This document shows, piece by piece, positions 7,762-17,308 of a stretch of 24,000 nucleotides of DNA; position 1 is the stretch's first letter; each line of letters begins with the position of its first letter. The notes below the pieces were generated by a model. It was given only the letters and a program-made list of their open reading frames with translations. It did not search any database and was not told the origin of the DNA. The translations under genes and the position numbers were made by a program. This DNA comes from Candidatus Woesearchaeota archaeon. GTDB lineage: Archaea; Nanobdellota; Nanobdellia; Woesearchaeales; GW2011-AR15. The DNA is taken from the NCBI GenBank assembly GCA_038874655.1, contig JAVZBY010000009.1, positions 19,156 to 43,155 of the forward strand. The letters run 5' to 3'.

Positions 7762-8251
7762 ATGGAATTTTCAATTGAAATTGGATTAATTATTTTATTT
7801 GCTTTATTGAGTGGTGTTTTATCTGTAAGATTTAGAATTCCAACTGTTTTAGGACTTATTTTCATTGGTGCTTTAGTAGGAAACTTAAATCTTATAAAAG
7901 ATCATAAATTATTAGATATTGTCCTAGAAATTGGAGCTATTTTATTATTATTTACTGTAGGTATAGAATTTAATTTAGAAAAGTTAAAAAAATTTGGGTT
8001 AAGTAAATTCAAAAGCTTTTTTTATGGTCAATTATCAGGTATTATTGAACAAATTTTTGGTTTAATTGGATTTTTCTTAGTTTTCATCGCTAAATTTGTC
8101 TTATGCTTTAGCTTTTGCAGCAGGTGCTATGGTTTTTGTAATTGTAGAGGAATTAATTCCAGAATCACAAATAGGAGGTAATTCTGATTTTTCAACTCTA
8201 GGGGTTATTTTGGGTTTTACTATGATGAGGATCTTACTTTCTTTTTATTAA
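7762..8251 (+). pseudogene. Chimeric remnant: N-terminal part of a Kef-type cation/H+ antiporter joined to the C-terminal end of a ZIP-family metal transporter in another frame
   Basis: 7762 onward reads MEFSIEIGLIILFALLSGVLSVRFRIPTVLGLIFIGALVGN...LDIVLEIGAILLLFTVGIEFNLEKLKKFG (Kef/CPA2-like). The other frame (about 8093-8251) reads LNLSYALAFAAGAMVFVIVEELIPESQIGGNSDFSTLGVILGFTMMRILLSFY* (ZIP C-terminus). Confidence 0.72.
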
Positions 8252-8307
8252 TATTTTTTACTTTTTAGTACTAAACATGATATAAATTTAAATATAACTA
8301 ATTGTTA

Positions 8308-9975
8308 ATGTCAAATATGTCTATTAATTTAAAACAAAAAGAAGATGATTTATTTGGATTAAAAGGTTTAAGTCTAGAACAATTATGTTCAGAAATAGAT
8401 AAAGAATTATCCGATAGTTTATGGTGTGAAAATTTTGAGGAGAGTTTTTTCTATGCTTTATCAAAAGAATTAAAAAAAGTTCCTTATTTATTAACTGGGT
8501 TTATTAATAGTCTTTTTGCCAGAGTAAATCCTGTAATTATGGATAATTCTTTTCCTAGACCTTTTTTAGATTTAGAAACAAAAGAAATAAAAACTAAATA
8601 TGATGACCCTGGGAATTTAGCAAGAATAATATCTAATCTTACAGGAATTTCTTCTCAAGAATTACCTAAATGGTTAACACATAATTTAGAACAATACAAA
8701 GAATATCATCAATTACGAATATATGCATTAACACAAGAATTAATAAAAAAATTAAAAGAAAATAAAAATAAGTCTTATTTGGTTGATAAACTAGAAGGTT
8801 TGATAAATAAGTTTTATAGATATAAAAAAATAGATTATTTAGATTTAAATAGTATTATTAGAACACTTAATTCTAAAAAAAATAATCCTCCTATAAATAA
8901 TATACATAGGTTAATAGTTACATCCATAATTACATTAGCATTAGCTGGTCTTAGTGGTGTTATGACTTATAATTCTGTATATAATAAGCTTCAAGAATCT
9001 GATAAAAATAGAACTTATGAAATTGCAGAACAAATACCTCCATCACTAGATCCAATGCATGGTGCTGTTCCTTTATCTATTCAAATAGGGAATCTATCTG
9101 GAATAGCAGATAGATGTTATATGTCTTTATATGATGGGGAAGGTAATTTTAATGACGAATTTCCTAAATTTTTAGATAATCTTTCAACAGCAAAAGAACA
9201 AGCAAAAATAGTTATTTCTGTATATAGAGACCCAAATCTTCAAAGAGCAGTTTCTTCAATAGAAATAGGTTTTGGAAGAATAGTAAATAGTATTAGCGAA
9301 AGTATAAGAAATGAAGTTTATAATGAATGTGATGATGAAGGCCATTGTGAGAGTCAGTGTAAAAAAAGGGTCTTTATTCTTAGTAAAAATCAAGAATCTA
9401 TAACTTGGGGTTTTGGAGAAATGTGGTATGGACTAGAAACAATTGTTAATGGGAAACCTTTTAAAGATATTACTTTTCATGAAATAAAACCTGGACCTAA
9501 TGCTAATAATTCTATTGTTCTTATTTATAAAAATGCCGGTTCATCACTTCTTATAATTAGAAATGACTTAGAAGATTATGAAAGAAAAATTGCAAGTTAT
9601 CCGGATTTTGAAGAAAAAGTAGATTATAATTGCATTTCTTTAAGTGCTTCTTGGGGGCCTAAGGAGGAAATAAATAAATTAGAACCTTATATAAACAATA
9701 TTACTAGTTTAAACAGAATTCCAGAAAAGCTAGAAAAATTTTTAGATTTATCTGAAAAATATGAGGAAATGCTAAAAAACGCTAAGTCAGATAAAGAAAG
9801 AGCTAGGATTCTAGGTGATTATTCTATAGAACTACATAGAATATTCGGGTATCCAGGAGAGGGACATTTATTTCAAAGAGAAATTAACCTTATTTCATAT
9901 GGTGCTGGAACGCTGATATTTTTTTTTGTTTTAGGTGGGGGTTACATTATATATAAAACATTTATAGAGTTTTAA
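8308..9975 (+). CDS. Hypothetical membrane protein with two predicted transmembrane segments
   Basis: Long ORF. The track start at 8302 is a TTG; ATG at 8308 (MSNMSINLKQKED) lies just after TTTAAATATAA and is more plausible. Hydrophobic segments are LIVTSIITLALAGLSGVMTY and GAGTLIFFFVLGGGYIIYKTF. Confidence 0.75.
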   Translation: MSNMSINLKQKEDDLFGLKGLSLEQLCSEIDKELSDSLWCENFEESFFYALSKELKKVPYLLTGFINSLFARVNPVIMDNSFPRPFLDLETKEIKTKYDDPGNLARIISNLTGISSQELPKWLTHNLEQYKEYHQLRIYALTQELIKKLKENKNKSYLVDKLEGLINKFYRYKKIDYLDLNSIIRTLNSKKNNPPINNIHRLIVTSIITLALAGLSGVMTYNSVYNKLQESDKNRTYEIAEQIPPSLDPMHGAVPLSIQIGNLSGIADRCYMSLYDGEGNFNDEFPKFLDNLSTAKEQAKIVISVYRDPNLQRAVSSIEIGFGRIVNSISESIRNEVYNECDDEGHCESQCKKRVFILSKNQESITWGFGEMWYGLETIVNGKPFKDITFHEIKPGPNANNSIVLIYKNAGSSLLIIRNDLEDYERKIASYPDFEEKVDYNCISLSASWGPKEEINKLEPYINNITSLNRIPEKLEKFLDLSEKYEEMLKNAKSDKERARILGDYSIELHRIFGYPGEGHLFQREINLISYGAGTLIFFFVLGGGYIIYKTFIEF

Positions 9976-10092
9976 ATGTCCAAATTTAAAATAGTTTGAT
10001 TTTTAACAAAAAGGTTAGAATTTTACTAAAAAACTACAACCAAATTTAAACCTATTAAAGCATTTAAATATTTATTCTATTTTTATAGTATT

Positions 10093-10098
10093 GGTGAT
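10093..10098 (+). promoter_or_regulatory. Shine-Dalgarno-like GGTGAT upstream of the Kazal lipoprotein gene
   Basis: GGTGAT, then a 4-nt spacer, then ATG at 10103. Confidence 0.55.
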
Positions 10099-10102
10099 AT
10101 AA

Positions 10103-10780
10103 ATGAGAAATATATCAAAAATAATATTTTTAGCTTTTTTAGCTTTGTTTTTTGTATCTGCATGTCAAATTAACAATCCAGAAAATAATATAATAAAAGA
10201 AGAAAATGAGAGATATGATTGCTTAAATGGCTATTCTTGGAATGAAAAAATTGATGCTTGTATTAAAAATTTAGAATTAGATGAAAGTCAACTTAAAGCA
10301 GTACAAATTGCTGTTGCACCATTAAGTTATAAACCTGTGCATATAGAGAGAGTTGAGACATTAAGATGTCCAGGCTGTTTTATAATTACATTAATATATA
10401 ATAACAATCAAATTAGAGATATAAAATTAATAAATTGGAAAATATCTAAAGAGGATATACAATTTTGCAGTGAAGAAGAAAAAAAAGGAGTTATTTGCAC
10501 TTTAGAGTATATTCCTGTTTGTGGAGATAACGGAAAAACATATAGTAATAAATGTGCAGCTTGTGGAAGCAAAGAAATAGATTACTATTACTTAGGGGAA
10601 TGTAATGAAACAAAAAATAAAGAAACAAATCAAGATTATGAGATTGATGAAAAAAAGAGAGATTGCAAAGAATGCCCTTTATTAAGTCAACCAAGCCCTG
10701 ATTTCTGTAAATACGGAACTATTGTTGCAGGAGAAATTGATGAGTGTGGTTGCCAAGGCCCACCAAAGTGTGTTTATTAA
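10103..10780 (+). CDS. Predicted secreted lipoprotein with Kazal-type serine protease inhibitor domain and a C-terminal Cys-rich motif
   Basis: Signal peptide plus Cys: MRNISKIIFLAFLALFFVSACQ. Kazal-like segment: CTLEYIPVCGDNGKTYSNKCAACGSKEIDYYYLGEC. C-terminal segment: PSPDFCKYGTIVAGEIDECGCQGPPKC. Confidence 0.82.
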   Translation: MRNISKIIFLAFLALFFVSACQINNPENNIIKEENERYDCLNGYSWNEKIDACIKNLELDESQLKAVQIAVAPLSYKPVHIERVETLRCPGCFIITLIYNNNQIRDIKLINWKISKEDIQFCSEEEKKGVICTLEYIPVCGDNGKTYSNKCAACGSKEIDYYYLGECNETKNKETNQDYEIDEKKRDCKECPLLSQPSPDFCKYGTIVAGEIDECGCQGPPKCVY

Positions 10781-10848
10781 GTGTGTATAAGTATAAAAGT
10801 AAATAAAAATTTTATAAGATATTTTTTAGAAAATAGGATATTATGAAA

Positions 10849-10965
10849 CTAATAACTTTTTATTATTTCTTTGTTATAATCCATAAACCATGAGTTTTTA
10901 CACTCATCTGAACAAAATATTGTATCATTTGTTTCTTTTCTACATGTTCTACATATATTTACCAT
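10849..10965 (-). CDS. Possible tiny zinc-binding protein (38 aa)
   Basis: Manual translation: MVNICRTCRKETNDTIFCSDECKNSWFMDYNKEIIKSY*. It has a CxxC...CxxxC pattern and is not in the ORF track (too short). Confidence 0.4.
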   Translation of the reverse strand: MVNICRTCRKETNDTIFCSDECKNSWFMDYNKEIIKSY

Positions 10966-11017
10966 AAAAGCTAAATCTATTTTGTTATATTTAAATCTTT
11001 TGTTTTTTAACCACTTA

Positions 11018-11809
11018 TTAGTAGTTAAATTTATTAATGTTTTTTTGTTGGTTATTTTTTAAAAAGAATTCATGTATTTTTCCTCTTTGCCAATCATATA
11101 ATAAAGAACGAGCCATTCGTTTTAAATCAGGAGTATTTCCTTTTAATAATATTTTTTTTGAGATTGCTATTTTTTCTAAAAAGGTATAAGAATCGTTTTC
11201 ATAGGTTAGGTTATAGTATTTTTCAAACAATTTTGGTTGTAGGTCAATTAGTCTCATTGCAAAATATTCTGGTTCTTTTAGATGCTCTGGATTTTTTGAA
11301 CCAATAATTACTTGTTTTTCAATACTTTTTTCTGGATCTTTTTCATCAAATGGCAAAACACCTGGCGTGTCTATTAATTTTAATTTACCTCTTTTTACAA
11401 ATTGAATTCCTTTTGTATGGCCAGAAACAGGACTTACAGAAGCTGATTTTTGCCCTTTTAATAAGTTTATAACTGAACTTTTTCCCACATTTGGATAACC
11501 TAAAATTCCTATTACGCTTTCCTTACCTTTAACTAATTCCATTATTTTTTTATAAAGAATTGTGCCACCTAATTTTTTTGTAGATGAAACAAACACACTA
11601 GGTTTAAAATTTTTTTTAATCTCTTCTGCTTGTTCTTTTGTTATTAAATCACATTTATTTAACACATAAAGTAATTTTTTATTCTTCTGTTTAATTTTTA
11701 ATTCTATTTCTTTGTGTCTAGTTAATTCTGGCATTCTTGAATCTAAAATTAGTAATAATAAATCTGATTCATCAATAACTTTATTTACTAAATTCCAATA
11801 ATTTGCCAT
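11018..11809 (-). CDS. Circularly permuted ribosome-biogenesis GTPase (YlqF/RbgA/NOG2-like)
   Basis: Motif order is permuted: G4 NKCD (LNKCDLI) precedes G1 GYPNVGKSS, followed by T..GHTKG and DTPGVLP. Confidence 0.9.
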   Translation of the reverse strand: MANYWNLVNKVIDESDLLLLILDSRMPELTRHKEIELKIKQKNKKLLYVLNKCDLITKEQAEEIKKNFKPSVFVSSTKKLGGTILYKKIMELVKGKESVIGILGYPNVGKSSVINLLKGQKSASVSPVSGHTKGIQFVKRGKLKLIDTPGVLPFDEKDPEKSIEKQVIIGSKNPEHLKEPEYFAMRLIDLQPKLFEKYYNLTYENDSYTFLEKIAISKKILLKGNTPDLKRMARSLLYDWQRGKIHEFFLKNNQQKNINKFNY

Positions 11810-11921
11810 GTTTTATTTAAAGAATTTTTTTACAATTATAAAATATACTTTTTAATTAATTTCTAGTGTTTAAATTAAGTATCATTTTAATATACATTTT
11901 TAATATACTAATATACGAAAA

Positions 11922-11930
11922 TTTTAAATA
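11922..11930 (+). promoter_or_regulatory. Probable TATA box for the 11953..12621 gene, leaderless configuration
   Basis: TTTTAAATA ends 22 nt before the ATG at 11953. Confidence 0.45.
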
Positions 11931-11952
11931 GTAAGAGTTTATTATAAGTAAT

Positions 11953-12621
11953 ATGACTATTTGGACTCCTAAAGCAGATGTTGGTATTAAAAGCCAATGG
12001 GCGCCTCAAAAAGATGGTAGATGGGATGAGTCCAATATTTTAGTTTATAGCACACAAATAAAGCAAGAGAGAATAATTCATTTAGAGAATGTTTATAGAT
12101 ATATGTGGCATTATTTTAGTGAAGAAGGTTGGAATGCTTCTGAAAGTATTGGAGATGTTGATGATAACAAAAGATATGAAGTTTTTTTTGGTGAATATAG
12201 GGATAGTCAAGGTCATAAAGAAATAAGATTTTGGTGGAGAATGCAAAAAAATTGTGGTGGTATTGCTGGTGTTCATAACTATTTTTTATACAAAGTTTAT
12301 GTTGATGTTTTAACAACTAATATGAAAAGAATTGAAATGACTTATAAAGGTAAAAAAATAAAACCTTATGTTGGAGAATTTATATTATGGTTTAATTCAA
12401 TCTTAGTTTTAGATAGAAATGGTTGGTTTAAAAAAGATGGTCCTTTAAGTGTTTTTGCAGATTTCTTCCCAAGAATGATATATAAAGATAGGATAAGGGA
12501 ACAAGAAATTGAATTAAGAAGGTTTTCTGAAAGATTTATTGAAGATTTAAAGTTCTTTATTGGTTTGAATAGATTAAATGCTGTCAGACAACCCCTAGAA
12601 CCAGAAAAAGAATGGTTCTAA
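11953..12621 (+). CDS. Conserved-looking hypothetical protein (222 aa), aromatic-rich
   Basis: Uninterrupted ORF with a promoter-like element directly upstream. It has balanced composition (MTIWTPKADVGIKSQWAPQKDGRWDES...). Confidence 0.75.
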   Translation: MTIWTPKADVGIKSQWAPQKDGRWDESNILVYSTQIKQERIIHLENVYRYMWHYFSEEGWNASESIGDVDDNKRYEVFFGEYRDSQGHKEIRFWWRMQKNCGGIAGVHNYFLYKVYVDVLTTNMKRIEMTYKGKKIKPYVGEFILWFNSILVLDRNGWFKKDGPLSVFADFFPRMIYKDRIREQEIELRRFSERFIEDLKFFIGLNRLNAVRQPLEPEKEWF

Positions 12622-12687
12622 GAATATAGAAACTAAAAAAATAATTATAAAAAATTAAAAAACAAGATATATAATCTTATTTTTATC

Positions 12688-15600
12688 TTATTTCAGAACA
12701 TAGCTAAAGTCAATTGTACTATTATCATTTAAAGTTATTCTATAATTGTATCTATATGCTAAAAATCCTATTAAGTTCTTTGTATTTATGTTAAATATCC
12801 ATAGCTTATCTTTGTCATCCCATCTAAATTCATTAAAAGGTGTGGTTGAAATAATTTCTTCTTCTGTTATCTCTACAAAAGGATTAGTTAAAGAACTTTT
12901 TAATAATTTAAATTCCTTAACTATGCCAGGTGTATTAATTGAATTTCCATTTGCATCACAGACCCTAAATTTTGCAGGGACAGTGCTTTTTTGTTTGAAA
13001 ACACTTGTACCATCTGCTCTAATTGGAGGTAAAATTTGATGACCTGGCATATCTAGACATAATCCATCTGGAGCATATATTACTCTGTAATTTAATAATG
13101 TCTCTCTTTTATTACCCACATTATCAAAAGCAAAACAATTTATTGATTTTTCTCCAACACTATTTAAGTCTAATTCTTCACATGCTTGATTAAATAAACC
13201 TGAACCATAATCAACTGCGTTTAAAGTTATTGTTGCATTTCCATTTAATATTATTGGATTTGGCTCTACTATTGGATTTAAAATTGGTGCTTTTTTGTCA
13301 ATTTTATTTCCTTCAACAGTTATTGGATAAACACAATTTCCAACTAAATCACAAACTTCTTCATTTGAAAATGCAACTGCATTATCTGTTTCTGTTTCTT
13401 CAGAAACATCTGTTTTTAATTTAATCTCTTGTGTTTCTGGACCAGAACCATAATCACTATAATTACATAAAATTTCTACATCTTCTTTGTGCCATAAACC
13501 ATCTGGCTCTTCACATGACAATAATTCAGGGGATTTTTTATCTACTTTAATATTATAAAAAGGCCCAGCTATAACACAATTATTTAATTTATCACATACA
13601 TTAAAAGTATTTGTAGATGCATTGTTTGTTTCAATTCCAATATCAACAGTAGTAGTTAAATTGAAAATATCATAATCAATACCAACTCCATTATCAGCAA
13701 CAGAACAGAGTATCAAGACATTTTCATTATTCCAATTATCATCAGGCATTTGGCATTCAAATGTAGGCGATTTTCTATCTATTTTAAATTTAAAAGGACC
13801 AATAATTACACAATTTCCAGCATTATCACACACTTCTTTAGTGTTTGTTTCTGCATTATCAGTTTCAATACCTTGCTCAATATTTGTGGTTAAAACAATT
13901 ATATTATCTCCTGAAAATCCTGAAAAATGATCAGAAACATTACAAATTACATTTACATTATCATTATACCATTTATATTCTGGAATCTCACACTCTACAA
14001 TAGGAGCACTTTTATCAATTTTAATTATATCATATTTAATTTCCTCAACATTTCCATAATCACTAAAATTAATATTTTCATAAGTTCCATTTCCAAATCC
14101 ACTATTATCAACACTTAAATACCTAAGATAATTAATTCCTTCATTTGATATTAGAATTTGATTTCCTTGATGATTTGGTTGACATATATTTTCATTATCT
14201 ATGCAATAATAAGTTGCTTGAACACCGCATATATTATCTATAGAGCTTAAATTTACTATAATATCTGTGTTTTGCCATTCATTTGGAACATTACTTGTAG
14301 TTATTGGTGGTTCTTGATCATGTTCATCTATTAAATTATTACAATCATTATCTTTTCTATCGCAAATTTCTGGGTTTCCAGAAAAGATATCAGCATCTAA
14401 ATCATTACAATCTCCGCATGTTAAGCTATAATTATCTAAGTCATTATCTTCTTCACAAGATACTTGACAGGTGTTTTGTGTACATGTAAAAAGAGCTGAA
14501 CAATAGTTATTTACAAATTCTGGAAAATCACCAAAGATATTTACAGAACAGCCAGAACCACAACCATCATTTGGACATATAGTTGGCTCACAATCTTGGT
14601 TTTGTGTATCATCAAAAATAGGATTTCCATTTTCATCACAAATAGCACATATTCCTGCATCATTTCCAAAACTTGTGCAATTACTCCAAACGCCATAGAA
14701 ACAAGTTCTTGTTCCTAAGCATAATCCTGAACCACATTCACTTATTAAATTTTCATCAATTAAATTATTGCAATTATTATCCTTATTATCACAAGATTCA
14801 TTATTATTAGGAAAGTTTAAAGGATCATTGTCATTACAATCACAAAGTTTACCTGCTCCATCCTTATCATTATCTAATTGATCTGGATTAAGAACAAAAG
14901 GACAATTATCACATGCATCTCCGTATTTGTCTGTAAGAGAATTATAATCCCTATTAAAATTTAATTTAATATCATCAAAATAAGCATATTGCCCATAAAC
15001 TCTAGAATAATCCCAACCACCTATTTTTAATCTAAACCTTGAAGATGAACTCATTGCTGTTGTTGGCTCTGATCTAACTAAAACACCATTTTCCCAATAT
15101 TCTATAGAATTTCTCTTTACTACAAATTTAAAGTTCACATACTCTCTTGGCAAAGTTCTGGATTGTTCTGTTGAACTAGTTGAGGATAAAATAAACCTAA
15201 TTCTAGAACCATAAGCAGCATAACCAACACCAACATTATTATTTGTGGAAGCATCTTGAAGCAATAACAGCATTTCTGCTGTAGAGGCAGGATTAAATTT
15301 CCATTTTCCTTCAATTGTTATGTTCTGCCATACTGAATTAACAATGTCCCTGGAAACCAAATAAATATGATAATCTGGACTTCCTCCTTTTCCGAGAATA
15401 TTAAATCTAGCTTCTTGGTTTATTTCTTCAAAAACACTATCCCCAACTTTATCAAACATAGGCCATTTTGTTGTGTTTAATAAGTTATCATTAAAATTAT
15501 CTTCAAAAGAACTTTCTAATCTATCAGAATCTTTTTGGTCTGGATTATATGCATAAGGACAATTATCACATACATCACCTATACCATCTTGATCAACATC

Positions 15601-16920
15601 TTTTTGGTTTGGATTATATAGATAAGGACAGTTATCGCAAACATCTCCGATCCCATCTTTATCATCATCATTCTGATCAGAATTAAATATATAAGGACAA
15701 TTATCGCAAACATCACCAAAAATATCATTATCAATATTTAATTGGTCTGGATTATATATTAAAACACAATTATCATTTCCAGTACATTCATTTGAATAAA
15801 AGTTTTTTCTGCAAATACCATCATGATCAATATCAGGAAGCCAACCATAAGGAATAATAAAAGGATAAATGTCTTTTCCTGTATCAAAAATAGAATAATT
15901 TGTATCTCCAATACTATCACCATCTATATCTTTTCCTTTGTAATCACTCCAATAATTACCACCATTAGGATAACCATCGTCAAAATAATTTTGAGTATTA
16001 GAATAATAATTTCTTAATTGGTTTATATTATCAATAAAATTATTATGGTATATTTTATTATTAGAAGAATATCTATCTAAATAAACACCATAAGAAGAGT
16101 TTAAAATATTATTTTTTGTTATTAAATGCCTTTGTCCTAGAGAAGTATAAATTCCAAATGTTGTTTTGTTTATCTGATTGTTTATAATTGTAATATTATA
16201 ACTATTATAAGTAAAAATTCCATAATTTACATTTTGAATCTTACAATTTTGGATAGTGATGTTTTTTTTACTATACAAATAGATTCCATTCTCTGTAGTA
16301 GGTTGTATTACATGATCATTACAATCCAAAGTTATAGTGTCATTTGTTATTTCTATTGTTTCCATTATGTTTGTTGTTAATGTACATTTTTTTTGCATAT
16401 TATCCCAAATTCCTATCTTTACACAATCTCCACCTGTAGAATTATCCCTAATAAACTTTGTAGAGGGTTTATTTTGAATCCAAACATGTTTCGGATAACC
16501 TTCTATTGAGAAATTTATTTTTCCTTGGCAATCTTCACAATCTTTTTCAGCAGGAATGGTTTGCTTATTTTCATAAGTATTTTCATACAAGTAATATTCT
16601 TTATCAGGAATTAATCCATAAACTGAGAAATCTGTTTTCCCTTCTAATTCATCTATTAGCATATCAACTCTTTCAATTTCATCTGTGCCTAAAACCAAAA
16701 CACTCATTTTTACGCTTTTATTTGTTTCAATAAAAATTGCAGGCGTCTTAGTAATAAAAGTTGTATTCAAAGTATCTAAAATTTCAAAATTCGGAAAATC
16801 TATTTTTTCAACTTTTTCTAGGTTTTCATTTGTATCAAAAAATTCATTTTCCTTTTGCTGTGCAAAAGAAAAACTTAAAAAAAATATAACTAAAAAGAAA
16901 TAGATTGTACTTTTTTTCAT
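12688..16920 (-). CDS. Large secreted surface protein (about 1411 aa): NosD-like beta-helix, thrombospondin type 3 repeats, ConA/LamG-like domain, MopE-like Cys/Asp metal-binding motifs, tandem Ig-like repeats
   Basis: The track start at 17103 adds about 61 aa before a clear signal peptide, [22 protein letters not shown] (start 16920, preceded by GGGGGG). Beta-helix region: [30 protein letters not shown]...[49 protein letters not shown]3: [45 protein letters not shown]. MopE-like: [30 protein letters not shown]. Confidence 0.88.
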   Translation of the reverse strand: MKKSTIYFFLVIFFLSFSFAQQKENEFFDTNENLEKVEKIDFPNFEILDTLNTTFITKTPAIFIETNKSVKMSVLVLGTDEIERVDMLIDELEGKTDFSVYGLIPDKEYYLYENTYENKQTIPAEKDCEDCQGKINFSIEGYPKHVWIQNKPSTKFIRDNSTGGDCVKIGIWDNMQKKCTLTTNIMETIEITNDTITLDCNDHVIQPTTENGIYLYSKKNITIQNCKIQNVNYGIFTYNSYNITIINNQINKTTFGIYTSLGQRHLITKNNILNSSYGVYLDRYSSNNKIYHNNFIDNINQLRNYYSNTQNYFDDGYPNGGNYWSDYKGKDIDGDSIGDTNYSIFDTGKDIYPFIIPYGWLPDIDHDGICRKNFYSNECTGNDNCVLIYNPDQLNIDNDIFGDVCDNCPYIFNSDQNDDDKDGIGDVCDNCPYLYNPNQKDVDQDGIGDVCDNCPYAYNPDQKDSDRLESSFEDNFNDNLLNTTKWPMFDKVGDSVFEEINQEARFNILGKGGSPDYHIYLVSRDIVNSVWQNITIEGKWKFNPASTAEMLLLLQDASTNNNVGVGYAAYGSRIRFILSSTSSTEQSRTLPREYVNFKFVVKRNSIEYWENGVLVRSEPTTAMSSSSRFRLKIGGWDYSRVYGQYAYFDDIKLNFNRDYNSLTDKYGDACDNCPFVLNPDQLDNDKDGAGKLCDCNDNDPLNFPNNNESCDNKDNNCNNLIDENLISECGSGLCLGTRTCFYGVWSNCTSFGNDAGICAICDENGNPIFDDTQNQDCEPTICPNDGCGSGCSVNIFGDFPEFVNNYCSALFTCTQNTCQVSCEEDNDLDNYSLTCGDCNDLDADIFSGNPEICDRKDNDCNNLIDEHDQEPPITTSNVPNEWQNTDIIVNLSSIDNICGVQATYYCIDNENICQPNHQGNQILISNEGINYLRYLSVDNSGFGNGTYENINFSDYGNVEEIKYDIIKIDKSAPIVECEIPEYKWYNDNVNVICNVSDHFSGFSGDNIIVLTTNIEQGIETDNAETNTKEVCDNAGNCVIIGPFKFKIDRKSPTFECQMPDDNWNNENVLILCSVADNGVGIDYDIFNLTTTVDIGIETNNASTNTFNVCDKLNNCVIAGPFYNIKVDKKSPELLSCEEPDGLWHKEDVEILCNYSDYGSGPETQEIKLKTDVSEETETDNAVAFSNEEVCDLVGNCVYPITVEGNKIDKKAPILNPIVEPNPIILNGNATITLNAVDYGSGLFNQACEELDLNSVGEKSINCFAFDNVGNKRETLLNYRVIYAPDGLCLDMPGHQILPPIRADGTSVFKQKSTVPAKFRVCDANGNSINTPGIVKEFKLLKSSLTNPFVEITEEEIISTTPFNEFRWDDKDKLWIFNINTKNLIGFLAYRYNYRITLNDNSTIDFSYVLK
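15551..15790 (-). repeat. Tandem thrombospondin type 3 (Ca2+-binding) coding repeats, about 4 units
   Basis: Repeated [19 protein letters not shown] units, visible as recurring 'aaggacaattatc[ag]ca[ta]acatc' motifs on the plus strand. Confidence 0.85.
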
Positions 16921-17082
16921 TGTAGACCCCCCGAAAAGAATATATAATATATATAAGTATATATAAGTTATATAAAAAGATTGCTGAATTTTATATTTAG
17001 ATAAAAATTTAATAATATAATAAGATATTATAATAAAAAAGTAATGAAAAAATACTTGCAAAAAAATTAAAAAAAGTGAATA

Positions 17083-17155
17083 AGCCTCCGAAGGGAGTTG
17101 CACCCTCGACCTGCGGATTACAAGTCCGCCGCAATAGCTACTATGCTACGGAGGC
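17083..17155 (-). tRNA. tRNA-Thr(TGT), intronless
   Basis: Minus strand GCCTCCG TA GCATAGTAGCTATTGC G GCGGA CTTGTAA TCCGC AGGTC GAGGG TGCAACT CCCTT CGGAGGC, U73. Acceptor and anticodon stems pair fully. Confidence 0.88.
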
Positions 17156-17308
17156 ATATATAAAAATTATTAAACTAATAGGGTTTTGAATTTTATTTAT
17201 ATTTAAAAAAGTTTTCATAGATATTTATAAAGATTTAATTTAAAAAATTTTAAAAAAACAAAAAGAAAAAAAATTTATTATAAGAAAATGATTTTTAGAA
17301 TTATTTTA

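Noticed and set aside
7557-7865. Minus-strand 102-aa ORF (LEPSNRRCLNVIAFRLYTAIAFGSTAGDCLSRLATPALF)
   Set aside because: It runs antisense through the tRNA-Cys gene; this is a known type of spurious ORF over tRNAs.
10491-10694. 67-aa ORF opposite the Kazal gene
   Set aside because: Antisense shadow of a well-supported coding region with a signal peptide and Cys-rich domains.
12622-12700. AAGATATATAATCTT short palindrome between convergent genes
   Set aside because: The stem is only about 5 bp of A/T-rich sequence and is expected by chance in this composition.
15551-15790. Short regularly spaced repeats that could suggest a CRISPR-like array
   Set aside because: The repeats are in-frame Ca-binding TSP3 codons (DNCPY..NPDQ) within a coding region, without palindromic repeats or variable spacers.
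12746-16903. Multiple plus-strand ORFs (12746, 13230, 13927, 14304, 15823, 16506, 16685)
   Set aside because: All lie opposite the large repeat-containing surface protein, and their Ile/Leu/His-rich composition is typical of the antisense of Asn/Asp-rich coding DNA.
16921-17103. 61-aa N-terminal extension of the large surface ORF ([26 protein letters not shown]...)
   Set aside because: A clean signal peptide begins at Met 16920. The extension crosses TATATAAG-rich promoter-like sequence and ends up beside the tRNA-Thr gene.
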